A stretch of DNA of 64,000 nt, taken from contig JAAOMT010000723.1 in NCBI GenBank assembly GCA_016748015.1, positions 124,001 to 188,000 on the forward strand, written 5' to 3'. Within the stretch, counting starts at the first letter, position 1. Every line of letters begins with the position of its first letter. The stretch is from Geosiphon pyriformis uo1. Lineage: Eukaryota > Fungi > Glomeromycota. This document shows positions 27,001 to 39,875 of the stretch, piece after piece. The notes under the pieces were generated by a model that saw nothing but the letters and a program-made list of their open reading frames with translations, searched no databases and was not told the DNA's origin. A program made the translations under genes and the position numbers.

Positions 27001-30000
27001 ACTGCAAATACTGAAAATTGCATAGAAGTACCTCAGAGCACCGAAAAATTATCACTTCGGAGAACACCAAACTTACTACAAGCCAAAGAGATGCAATCAG
27101 ACAAAATCTTTCTGGCAGTCTTAATCAAAGCTATAGGTTAAGTGTTTGTAAGAACCCCATTCCAATCATAAGGCTTTGAGATCATTAAAACCCATGCCCT
27201 TTTCCAAAAAGCAGGCACTATGCCAACAGATAAGCACACATTTAGCAACACCAAAAGACATTTTAACACCTCATCACAATCATGTTTCCAAAGTTCATTG
27301 GGAATGCCAGACAAGCCAGCAGCTTTGCCATCAGGAAGATCATTAGTAACCAAAAGTAATTCACCCATGCTAATTGCACTCATCACATTAGAAAAGGCAT
27401 CATTCTTAACATAGTTCAAAGGTGCATACTGATGAGTCCAGAGATCAGGCAGCACCATAGGCATCACACACTTCTGTGTCCAACTCTCTATAATCTTGTC
27501 AACACTTGACCTAACCTCCTCTGGCTCCAATATCAACTCATCATCAACCACCAAGTAATCCAACACCACCTTTCAAAATGTCTGATCCAGAATACTCTTA
27601 ATCATACTCCCCTTGTTTGAGCAAAATTGTTCCATATATTTCTCAATAGCCTTTCTGATAGTAGCCTCTTGCAACAACTTTGACTCAAACATCTTGGATT
27701 TTCTGTACCCCTTTCTGACAAGCAACAAATAACTAAGAAGATCCTCCACTTTTTGGCCACCACAAACCATGTTCTCTAGAACAAAAGCTTTACTGGCATC
27801 CAGAGCTGACCATTTCTTCACAAATCAATTGAAACCAGAAGTATCAGCAGAGGCCAGGCATTTGACTATCTTGGTAACCAGCAACTCCAAACCCAAGAAC
27901 TTAGAAAAATATTTATTTTTTGAGCACTGAAAATTACAGAACCAATGTCTAGAAAATATTTCATCTGCAGAATCCATTACCACTTTTTCCAGCAAAAACC
28001 ACATAGCATCCAAATCAAGACCAGCAGCAGCACCAAGAAACCTCCTCTTTACCTTCAACATCTTAGTAGAGGAACATTCCTTAAAACAAAACCACCCAGC
28101 ACCATTAGTATCCTTGATCTTAAACTTCCAACAATCCTTGTTAGTCTGTTTATGCAAACTATTCAGCTAAACATCTAAGAGTCCATCTAGGCCAACCAAA
28201 ACCATGACAAATTTGTGATCTGTATCGAAGAAATCAGAAACAGAATTAACACAATGCTTCACAATAGCAAAAGACAGAGTCCTATTAACAAGAATAAAAT
28301 CAATTGTCTTCTTCACCCCCCTAGAATTGCTCCATGTAGCTGTTTTGACCAAAGAGTGTTCAGCAAAAGAATTGACTAAACCCAAACCCAAATAGAACCT
28401 AAAACTTGCACTCTTTCCAGAGTTATTCTTGTTGAAATTGCCACCCAGAACAACAAAAGTGCTGGAGTTAACAGCCTTAGCAATAAGAAAATTCACTGCA
28501 GGAGTCTGAGCAAATCTAGTCCCAAGAGAAGCACCAGTATACAAACCCAGAATCATAACTGAAAGCTTGCCTTTAAACAAAAGCCAAATTGAAATCAAAT
28601 GACCAGGAACCTCATCAACCCTAGAAACATGGCAAGCCAAAGAGTTGTCCATGATTATAACAACGCCAGCACCAAGATAACCAATATCCAACCCAGAAAT
28701 AAAAATCCGAATTCCATCAAATTTGTCCTTGATCCATGATTCAGAAAAGAACCTCAATTTCGTCTTAGCAATAAAGGAAACCATATTCCCAGAACTCACA
28801 TGCCAATGGACAATGTCTGCCTGTTTTGCAGGGACATTGATACCCCAAATGTTGCATGTAGCAAATTTCCAAATCAGATCACTCATTGGGATGACAGAGG
28901 TAGGAACAAACCTGAACCAGAACACAAGAGATCCAATTTCACTATAATTGAACTGAATGAAGTCTCCAAAGCAGACATTTTAGACTCCAAACTGCCCAAC
29001 TTGGAAGTAAAAACCTTTGAACCACTTAAACTAAGACCATCCACAGATCCACTACCACTTGAAAAGTAGGGAATAAGCAAAGCAAACATATCATCCAGAG
29101 CCATATCCGAATCCACAACCAAAGCTGAAGGCACAGAAACAGCCAAAGAAGAAACATAAGATGGAAATGCTAATGGCACCAGTTCAATGAAACTCAATTT
29201 TTTAAGAATGACAGAAACTTAATCTGCTAGAATTTCCAAAAAGCACTCCAAAACTGCCAAACGTTCACCCAATCTATCAACTTGAGAATTAGAAGAATCC
29301 AAAGAAAGAGGTGGACCACCAGAAAGCAAACCAGACCCAAAAGGGGAGCCACCAGAAAAAGAGTCAAGAGACATTACTTGAGCCCATGATTTGCCACCAA
29401 AGGCAGCAGGACGAGAGATTGAAACCTTCTTTTTTGCATACAACTTGGCCAACTGAAAACAATCAAAACCAGAAGCAGGCTTTTTGAATGAACTTGAGAA
29501 CTCAGAAGATAACACAACCAATACATCATACTCTAGAGTCGAATGGCCAAAACACCCACACTTCTCACATTTAACCAAATCCAAACTGGCCCATGAGAGT
29601 TGCACACCACCAAAAATAAGCTCAGTATGAAAGGCAGTATCCAAATCCTTTTCAGATTCAAAGCCAACCACAGCACAACAAATTCTATTGCCAGTATTCA
29701 AAGATCGATTAATGATACAGGTTTTCCCACCAGCCTTATCTAAAAGAGTACCAAGATCATGCACAGTTGTTCCTATTGGCAAGGTAAACAGAAGTGCCCT
29801 GAATTGGTCCCTAGAAGCCCAAGTCTCATGATCCTCCATGGCCATAGCCACATGAACTGAGTCTTTTCTAATCAGGAATGATCATCTTGAAGCCAACTGT
29901 GCAGCTTAATCAGAATCATCGAATTCTACTATAGCCTTTTGTTATAAACCGATTAGTTGAATTTTAATTGATTTAATTTCGCCAAATTTGGCTACTGTGG

Positions 30001-30843
30001 CAACAATCATATCCTTAGACATGTCCATAGGAATTTTTTTAATTACTACGGCCCAATCTGAACAAATTTTTTGTTTCTTAAGATCGCTGTTTACATTAAT
30101 TCTATTTTTACTAGCCAATAAAATGGTCTTCTTCATGCTTTCCTCTGATGTAAACGTTGATCTGATAATCCCTTCAAATTTTGAGGAGGTAGTGGCCCCC
30201 CCCAAAACCATTGATTTTTAAAAAAATTTTTCTTATGTACTGAGTTTTTGCTGTCACTAATTTGCTTTTCGCAGTTGAGAAATTGATATCCAAGGCAAAA
30301 AACTTTTTAACAGGTGCATTCACTTAAGTTTTGACAACCACAGGATTGACCCAATCACTTTTCTTTTTTTCCGAAGAGGCCAACACAAGAAGAGGCAGAA
30401 GAGACTTTACTTCTTTGTCCATAATATAGTTGGGAAAGTTAAGAGGAAAGCCAAAATCCACACCAGAATTAACATGCTTAGCTTTGGAAGTATTCATAGC
30501 CAAACCCAGAAGAGAACTACCATCATCCACATTCATGCCCACATCCTCATCATCACCAGACAGACTCTCCACATCAGAAAACATACTGATACCAGAACCA
30601 GATTTTAAAAAAATATCCTTCTCATCACTTGAGTGCTTCACATTACCAAGAACAACTTTCTTTTTTTGCACAAAAAAACCACCAGCCGGACCATGAAAAG
30701 CACCTTTAGGTGCTTTCTTCTTAGACATATTGCTACCAGAGGCAGCTTCCAAATCTACCATGAAAGAGTTATTAGTTAAAAAAATGTTGATATGATACAA
30801 GCAGAAAAAACAAAAAACTTCTTTTTTAGAAATGTACTTGTTT
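24066..30843 (-). mobile_element. Full-length, inactivated non-LTR retrotransposon (LINE): ORF1 (RRM-like + degenerate CCHC) and ORF2 (AP endonuclease, RT, RNase H, C-terminal Zn finger)
   Basis: APE: FATCNIWGIN, LGGNFN, TWSN..KTIDFI, DTDH. RT: KAAGLSGIPNE, QDMQKAYDSV, GLDQGEVFSPLL, FIND (from FVDD). RNase H: YTNES, ELQTV, HIDSQAAI. C-terminal CLLC..H..C. ORF1 has CEKCGCFGH. Poly(A) appears as a T-run at 24066-24081. Candidate TSD CTTATTCTTTT at 24059-24069 and 30844-30854. Many stops and frameshifts. Confidence 0.95.
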
Positions 30844-30883
30844 CTTATTCTTTTAAAGCCTTTTTTAAAATTACATAAACAAA

Positions 30884-30916
<33 letters not shown>

Positions 30917-31413
30917 AATTTATGATTTTATATTCATATTTTTAATAATATTAAATTTTTCGGATTTTAGAAATAGTTGTATGCACATTAATTTTTTTTA
31001 AAAAAAAAGTTTTAATATTTTTCTGTAATAATAATTCTTGTTTTAACATTAGTGTTGTAAAAAATATTTAATAAAAAATTTTACTTTACTATAATTAAAG
31101 CACTTAGTGTTCAAAAAAATTTTGTTGTGTAGTTTTTTAAATAACTGGTAAATAATTTATATAAAATTTTTATGCTAATTAGTTTTTGTATGTATATTAG
31201 TTAATTCTAATATATATATGATAATGTAATTTTAATTTCAATAATATTTTTTGGTGTTTTCAGTATAATTTTTCTATTTTTATATAAAATTTGTTAATTA
31301 AATAAATTTTAATATGTTATTTCAAAGTTTTAATAATAACTTATATTTATTGTAATTATGCATAAATAAAAATTTGTCTATGTTTTTCTATTATTGTTAA
31401 TTATTTTATAAAC

Positions 31414-31414
<1 letters not shown>

Positions 31415-31473
<59 letters not shown>
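31415..31473. repeat. (ATT)n microsatellite within AT desert
   Basis: Read directly from the sequence. Confidence 0.9.
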
Positions 31474-31474
<1 letters not shown>

Positions 31475-34400
31475 GTTTATTATTAGTAAATCTATTATTT
31501 TAGCATTAAAATAACTTTTGGTTTTTGATTAAACTTATTTTTTAAAAAAGTTATAATTATTTTAAACTATACAAAATTTTAATTTTTTTTTTAATAATAT
31601 TAATTTATTTAATTTCATATTAGTTTTCATAAGTTGTTATTTTAATAATTAAATATTAATTTAAATAATTAAATTTCTATGTTTTAATATTTAAAATTCT
31701 GAATTTACTAAATATATTATTTATATATATAATTACCAAAAACTAAATTAACTAATTATATAACAGTTTTATTTTTATTAAATTTAATATTAAAACTTTA
31801 TAATTTTTAAAATATTATTATTTTAGCAAAAATTTTTTGTTAATAAAAGAATCTAAATTATTATTTTACATAATAAATAATTATAATAGATTTATTAAAT
31901 TAAATTTTATAATTAAATACTATTATTATTTTTTGATTTTATTTAAAAATATTTTAGTTAAATAATTTTTAATTTAAATTTTTTGTATAAAAAATAAAAT
32001 CTTAATAATTTAATAACTTTTAATACTTAATATCTAATATTTTTTATATTATAACAAATTTATTCTGGTATTTTTTACTCTTTTAATAAACAATTTAATT
32101 TTTAAATAGGTTTTAATTCTATATTTTTTTTTATGTTAATTAATTTTGTATTCAATAAAATTAAAATATTAATAAGTTTAATAATAAAACTAATTTATTA
32201 AAACTAACTTATTTTTTAAAATTGTTATTTTAAAAAAAAAATTGATTTTATATCAAGATTAATTAAAATTAAATAAAACATATTAATTTTAACAATAACA
32301 ATATTAAAAGTTTTTTAAAACAAAAAAAGCTATTTAATTAACAAATTTTATTTAATTAATAATAAATTTTTTAATTATTATTAATATTAATAATATTAAC
32401 AAAAAAATTAATTTAGTTTTTATTTTATTAGCCTAATTTTTTTAATTAAATAATATAATAATTAATTAAAATTGTATATATAACTTTTTTTTTATTAAAT
32501 ACTGAATTTTTTATTTTTATTTATTTATTTATTTATTGTTTAAATTCTGCAGAAATAATTTTTTTACAATCTTTGAAATAGATTTACATTTTTTTATGTT
32601 TTATAATTATTAGTTTTAGAAATAAATAATTTTTAATAATTTTATCTTGTTAGATATTTTTTTAAAATGATTGATTTTATTGAAAATTTTATTCAATATA
32701 TTATTATATTATCTTTTTACAAATTTATTTCTCTGCAATCAGACCTCAAATTTTTTAATTTTATTATAACTTATCATTGTCAATAAATATCTTGAGCTCT
32801 CATTAAAGAAGTCTCGCTTTTCTTCATTTTCATATCAATTTATAGTTTTTTTTCTTGTAATTTATTTTCTGTAAAAATAATTTTTATCTCTTACCAGAAA
32901 TACTGGGTTTAACCTGATCTAACCACTACTTATCGTGTTCAAAACCCAGCGACAATTTAATACATGAAAAATGGACAGCATTCCCCTCCTTAGTCGAAGT
33001 CTAACAACATTTCACAATACTTATTTTCCATTTGGAAACTAATATGCAATACAACAATGACAGTTTTGTTACTGTGCAATATTTTAACGGCCTTTCGAAT
33101 ATTAATGACATTAATATGTGTGGATTAATAAAGTTATTAAAAAACAACCACTAAACAAGATGGAAAGTTAGAAACAGTATTCCAAGCGTTCTCAGGTATC
33201 CTCAATGTGATAAATATATTTGCTATACGATAATTAAAATCAAGTTGCGCTATTGACTAGGCGTTCGTGCGATGAGTAATGCATGTGTGCAGTCTTCAGG
33301 CAGCAGCTCGTTGACCCAATAGCATTCAATCTTCCTTTTCGCGGACAGCACCTCTTTTTCTTTGAACTTATTCAACCTTGGGCTTCTTTGTAAAACGGAG
33401 CATTGAATTTCTATAATTTAAGTTTATTCTCGTCAGTGTCACCAAAACAAGGGCTTTGTCATATCTTTGATTTTATCTTACAAATCTTCAAATTCGTGTG
33501 AATTTCAATCGTGAAAGTGTTCTTATTAGGATTTTCGTAGTAAAGAGTAATTTTTGGCATAATGAGAGATTTTACGAGGAAATCTAAGATCAAAAATGCG
33601 GATTTTTTATATTAGATAAATGATAACACATTTCGCATTTTCACAATTCTTTTTGTGACGTTAATGTTTACTTTCCCTGTTTTTTTTTTTTTTTTTCAAA
33701 GTTTCCATGTAACTTGAGTGGCATTTTATCTTAGTTTTCGAAATTGAACTGCTAATAACCTATTTTACTTCTTTTAGCATGTATAATTGGCTCAAGATTT
33801 ATCCCATAGTCATACATATTAAAGAATTAAATGGTTTTGTTTTCTTAAAATATCTTCAAAAAAAAAACTCTAGTAATATAAGAAAAAGGTGTGGATAGTT
33901 GTGATCCTTTTCTATTAACAAAATATCCAAAACACCCAAAACCTCTGCAATAAAGATTTAACTAAATGGAAGGTCATCCTTAATATCCAAGATTTATTTT
34001 ATATCATATCCCTCAACAAACAATCCTAATCATTTTGAAAAAATTATTTTTAATTGGATAACAATTATTTTGTTATATTATGAATTAAAAAAAGTGAAAT
34101 AATGGGATTACTTTTGATAAATTTTTTCATATAAATATAAAGTGATGTTTATCGAGAAATTTCAAGAAAAAAATGTTCGGAAGATAAATGACTAAACACC
34201 CACAAAACGTATTCTGTAAAGAACACGAGTGTACAGATAAAGTGTACCCCGAAAAATGTACTCTTTGTCCTAAAACCAAATCCCTCACATTATCATAAAT
34301 TGATTTCCAGTAAGGTTAACGAGGGCGGACTATATGAAAACTATTGGTAATTATGGAATAAAATGTTGTATATAATTTGAGTGTCCTTGATACCGAATTG

Positions 34401-35814
34401 TGGGACCTTTTTTCTTTTCTATTTGGGTAATATTTTCACAAATTTTACAAAATAAATTCAATTATCATTCTTTTTATAAAAAGAAGCATAAAAAAATCTA
34501 AATTTCTTAAAAATATAATTATTATTATTTTTATAAAACTTAAGAAGTGTAACAATTTGGTTAGTCTTAAAATATATTAATAATGAAATGAAATATCTTA
34601 ATACTTTTACAAAAACTTTTCTTAAATAAGTTTTAATACAGAAATTGAAACTAATAATATTTTAAATTATCATTTAAAAATTTTTTTGATGAATCCCAAA
34701 GTTTCTGAATTAATATATAATATATGACTAAAAATAACTTTTAAATTTAATTCAAAAGTTCAAATATCCAAAAAAAAATAATAATAATAATTAAAAGATC
34801 AATTTTACTCTTAAATTTCTCAAGTTCCTTTTTTCAATTTTTCCATATGTTAATGACACACCCAATTCAAATGATTGGAAATAATTGGTTTTTCTTAAAC
34901 AAACAAATAATCTTTGGTAAAAATGATGAAATTTTCAACAATCAAAAAGCACGCAAATCAAATCAAAATTATTAAACAATGGGAAATTTTGGTTTCAAAA
35001 AAGTAATAGACAATTTCTATTAATGGTCTCAATGATATCATTGACGAATCCTTTAGAAACATAATTTGATTTGAGTCAAAAAACTTTTTTATCAACTTCA
35101 TGTCACATGCAGCATGAACCCTCAACTGTTTATTATTAAACCCACACCGCCCTCCCTTTTTTTGGTTTTACAGCACAGTCCTCAAATTTCTGTACGTCGG
35201 TTTTTGTATAACAGTTCACATGTACACCTTCCCGCTGCACTCCTTAAAGCTTAACATTTCCTAGTTCAGTGTGATTTTTTTTTTTTGACAGCAGTAAAAT
35301 TTGTTTGATACTGAGCTAAATCATCTCCTATTAAACGCTAACCATTTCTAAAGGAAAGAAACATTGCAAATCTTGTGCCAAATGAGGTTTAGGTATTGGC
35401 ACAGCCTTGCACAAGGAATCATGTGGTGGGTAGGATATAATGATTATCTAGGGTATGAAAACTTTTCCCGTCCCCAGGTTTAAAAAATTAATGGCGTATT
35501 ACCATCCCCCTCCCCCTCCCCCCCCCCCCAATACGCGTATTGTAACTCACATTGTTCGAGTTACAATTTGTCACAATTAAAAGTGTCATCCTGTCTGCAA
35601 GATTCGAAGGACTTAATTAAAAAATAAAATAAATTTTCCACCCCCTAATTAAATATTAAATATCCTAACACCTCAATCATTAAACATCTTTGAGCGTTAT
35701 TGTTCTTATTTTCCTTCTTTTAACGACTGAAACGATACACTTCCCTATTTTGAAAAATATTGAATTATTGTTTTTTTAACGAACAAATTTCATCTGCCCA
35801 AATAATTAAAGAAA

Positions 35815-36830
35815 ATGGGACCGAAAAGTTCAAAACTCAATGCTGGAAAATCTGCTAAAGTGAACAACCGACAAGAAAAGCCGACAGAAACTCAACGCCA
35901 AGAAAACTTCTCACCGATAACAAAAATACAATCAGAAATCGTGGCCGAGATTTGTCAATACTTAACTACAAACGACCTCTTTGCTCTATCCCAAGTCTGC
36001 TATAGTCTGAGAAATCTTCTTTGTTCGACCGAGTCTTCGATAGCTCAAGCTATATGGAGACATTCAAGACTAAATTTTATGCCTTCGTTAATTTTACCAC
36101 CACCTGACGGAGTTAGTGAAAAGGAATATATTGAATTGGGATCATTTGATCGAGGTTGTCAATTGTGTAAAAGGAAAGACAAGGAAATAAAGATCATTTG
36201 GACCTTCCGTGTACGAACTTGTGAAGCATGTTTTTTGATGAATACAATGAGGTAAATTATTATAAATTTTGAAGAATTTAGTAATGACTTGGTGAAATGA
36301 TAGAAACCTAAATTAACTTCTCTTTTAAAATCAGTGGCCGTGATTTAACACCATTGAACTATATTCCACATCACATCTATTCTTACATTCCTTCAACAAG
36401 AGAAGATTGGTACGGTCAAAAACTTCCCTCGCAATCGGTCGCGCCGATCCTTCGTTCGCATCCTCTATTCAACGATCGTCTTTACTGGCTTCCAGATTTC
36501 GAACGCAAAGTTGAGGAGTGGAAAAATATTGACTCGGTTCAAGGACGTCGTCAATGGGAAATGTTTCAACGCATAAAATTTCTTGATATCGTACGCGACG
36601 CCAATTTACGAGAAAAGAAATCGGCCGAAATGAATGGAGCTAAATTGGAGTTGGTCACAAAGTTTGAGGATCGAGAGGCTCAATTACGAATTGCGAATGA
36701 TTATTTAAAAAATTTTTTATCAAATTTACAGAAACGCACTTTGGGTGAGTTATCGGCCGTTGTTCAGCCTACAAAGCTAATTAAAGCTCATGACCAAACG
36801 ATGATCCAGTCACGTAATATTATAGTTTAA
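35815..36830 (+). CDS. F-box protein with CxxC...CxxC module, 2 exons (intron 36252-36334)
   Basis: F-box: ITKIQSEIVAEICQYLTTNDLFALSQVCYSLRNLL, followed by QAIWRHSRL...GCQLC...WTFRVRTCEAC. The phase-2 intron restores the frame into ORF 36354-36830. Confidence 0.88.
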
Positions 36831-37899
36831 CATTTGGAGAAATTAGTTTCACATTTTTCAGTGTAATTTGTTTTGATTTTAAATTATTCTGAAAGATCAA
36901 AGTAAAAAATTGTTCCTCTCCAAGCAATTTTTATTTGTACAAACGATATATAGGGTTAATTGTATTGACATATGTTTTTTAAGTTCCTTATTTATGGTAA
37001 AAAAAAAATAGCAGTATTCTTATAATTACCAATATAAATTTCAAAATAAATTAGTTACATGAGTTCAAGTTGAATGATGAGTACGCAAAAAAAAATTTCA
37101 CTTGTTGAGAAATTACCAATAATACATTGGCAAAGCAGTAATAATTAAATAAAATCTTGTAATTTATAAAATAACAAAGAAAGTCAAAATTTTTAAATAA
37201 TAATTATTTTTTTAAATACCAAATAATAATTTATCAACAAAGAGTATAACATTATATTAAATTTTTGTTATCATATTGCAAACCAAAAAAAATAATATTA
37301 TGAAATCATTTATTCAAATAACCGCTTTTTCAAATACTTGAGAAATGTCAATAAAATACCCAATTTTTTATATATATATTTACCAGTTTTTTTAAACAGG
37401 TATTTTACAGGTATTTTAAAGAAATCATGTATTAAATTCAATTAAAATATGATTTTATTATTTTATTATTTTATTATTTTATTATTTTATTATTTTACAA
37501 ATTTATAAAAATAATTAATATTCAAGACTTTTAAATGTAAAAATTCAAAAATAAAAATTAAATAAGATATAAAATATAATAATGTAAGAATATAATAATA
37601 TAATAATGTGATAAAAATGAAATGATGTTTGTAATATTATTATATAAATTATTTTAAAAAAAAATCAAGCAGCTATTATTTTTTCAATAATATTTAAAAA
37701 TATTATAATCTAAAAAAAAAATTTCAATAGTAAAACAATTAGGATAAAATGTTGTAAAATGGGGGGTTTTTTTTGAATATTTTTAATATAAAACAGTTTT
37801 TAAATATTTTAAAACCACTTTTTTTGTTTTTGACTAAAAAGTCTTAGTTAAAACAACATATTAAAATCTTTAATTAACTCGTAATAAATTTATAATTTA

Positions 37900-38885
37900 T
37901 ACAGTTACTTTTGTTATTATTCTTTAAATAATTGAACTTTTTAAAAAAATAGAACTTTGGTTTTTTTTTAATGTCTTTATTAGTTTTGTATTATTAATAC
38001 TAATTATAGCTTTTAATTCGATTTCGGTTGTAAATAACAGCTCTTTTTCTGTTTTAAATAATAGCAATAACAATATTTTTATTAAATTAAACTTGGTTTA
38101 ATTTGTTTAATATGATAATTAAAGCAATATTTTTTTCTGAAAATACTATTAATTTTAATAATATTTAAAAAATAATTTTCTAATTATTAAAGATTTTTGA
38201 ATAAATAACTTTTATTTTAGTGTTTGATATTTAAAACAATTTATCTTAAAACTGTATTTCAGTTATTATATAATTTTATTAATGCTAAGTTAATTTTTTA
38301 TAGTATTAACCTTTTTTGTACAAAAATTGTATTTTTTAAAATATTTTAAATATAATTCTTAAAATTAAGTTTGCTAAACTCTATTTTTTTATTACTCTTA
38401 AAATTGTAAAGTTTATTATTATATTATTTATTTTTTATAATATTAAAAAAATCTATGTTGTTAAATTAAAGTCTATTAATTTGTAATAATATATTATTAT
38501 TTTTCTAAGTTTATTAAAACTGTTTTTGCTTACTAATTAATTTTTTAATTTATTTAAGTTTATTTTTAAGCTGTTTATTGTATTTAAAATTATTATTTAC
38601 TATTTTTATAAATTTTGTTTTGTATATTAAAGTCATTATTTTATTTGTTGTATTTAAATAAAAAGTTTAAATTTAAATTAGAATTTTTAAAAATCTTAAT
38701 TGTGAAATTTTATTTATTTTAATAAAATTTGTAATTAAACTTATTGATTTTTTGATGATGATTAAGTTATTTTTTTTATTACATTTTAAAAAAAAGTCTA
38801 TTGAAAATGTTAAAAAAGTTGTTAATACTTATTATATTACTTAAAAGCTTTAATAAAACCCCAAAAAAAACATGATACACACATT
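37900..38885 (-). mobile_element. Probable near-erased LINE ORF1 relic (AT desert)
   Basis: 38225-38239 TGATATTTAAAACAA versus 30284-30298 TGATATCCAAGGCAA (all four differences C->T or G->A). 38005-38014 TATAGCTTTT versus 29930 TATAGCCTTTT. CATGATACAC near 38871 resembles the element 5' UTR at 30791. Matches are collinear but spacing is shortened. Confidence 0.4.
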
Positions 38886-39875
38886 TCATAAATTATAATA
38901 AAATAAGTAATTTACTAAATAAAAAACAAAGAATTATGTTTTTAATAAAAAAAATTGGTAAATAAGTATTTTGAAAGCAAATAGTTTTTTTTAATATCTA
39001 TATAACTTAAAGTAGTCTTAATATAAGTCTGAATAATTAGTTACATCTAAAAAGTAATAAACTGTTTCTAATATGTAATATTTTTTTGTTATGTATTCTT
39101 AAGTTATAATTAGATAATACTTAATAATGCATTCAAATAAAAATAAATTATTTAAGCAAACTTTTTTTAATTTAATAGAATACTTATATAAAAAAAAAAT
39201 TAAAAAAATGTTTAGTTTTTATTCACAAAATCTTAAAAGCTATAAAGATTACAAAAAAATTTAATTATTAAATTTTTATTCAAGCATTAAAGTTTATAAT
39301 GATTAACCAAATTATTTTTTATTTTAGTTTGTATTTAAAAATTCATTACCATTTCCCAAGATTATAGAAACAAATTTAGGAAAGAAACTGTTATAAAAAA
39401 AAAATATTGACATAATAAAAAAAATGTTTCAAATTAGAATTATTCAATAAATATTATTATTCAGTACAGTATTATTTAGAAACAAAGGATTCATATATTA
39501 TATATTTTATTCAATTAATAAGTAAAATATTATTTAATCCTTACAACAACAAAAAATCATTCACACTTTAGAAGAAATTTAAGTGTGAAACGGAAAATAG
39601 AAAAAACCCAAGCTATAAAGAGATACTCAACGAACAATGAATTAGATGAATTAGAAAATAAAAAATTTAATAAAGCGACTTGGCCAAATTCGCAACCGAA
39701 TCATGAGAACAATCATTATAAAAAGATTTAAATTATTATAAATCACACAACAAAAGACTTATATATATATTATTATTTCAATTTAATGATCTGCCAAATT
39801 GGGAATGACTTATCACATAATGTTAACAATTGAGTATTAGGAGGCTAAGCATTTTCGGCAATTGAACGACAATCT

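Noticed and set aside
24654-30696. Plus-strand ORFs inside the LINE
   Set aside because: They are antisense shadows of the minus-strand retrotransposon ORFs and contain no motifs.
24066-30843. In-frame TGA codons as selenocysteine or an alternative genetic code
   Set aside because: Stops are a mix of TGA, TAA and TAG, several at expected Trp/Arg/Gln positions, and are accompanied by frameshifts. Host genes read normally in the standard code.
32895-32955. TPP-riboswitch-like AACCTGATC...CAGCG
   Set aside because: It lacks the CTGAGA and TAAT elements and the P1-P5 pairing, and no thiamine gene is adjacent.
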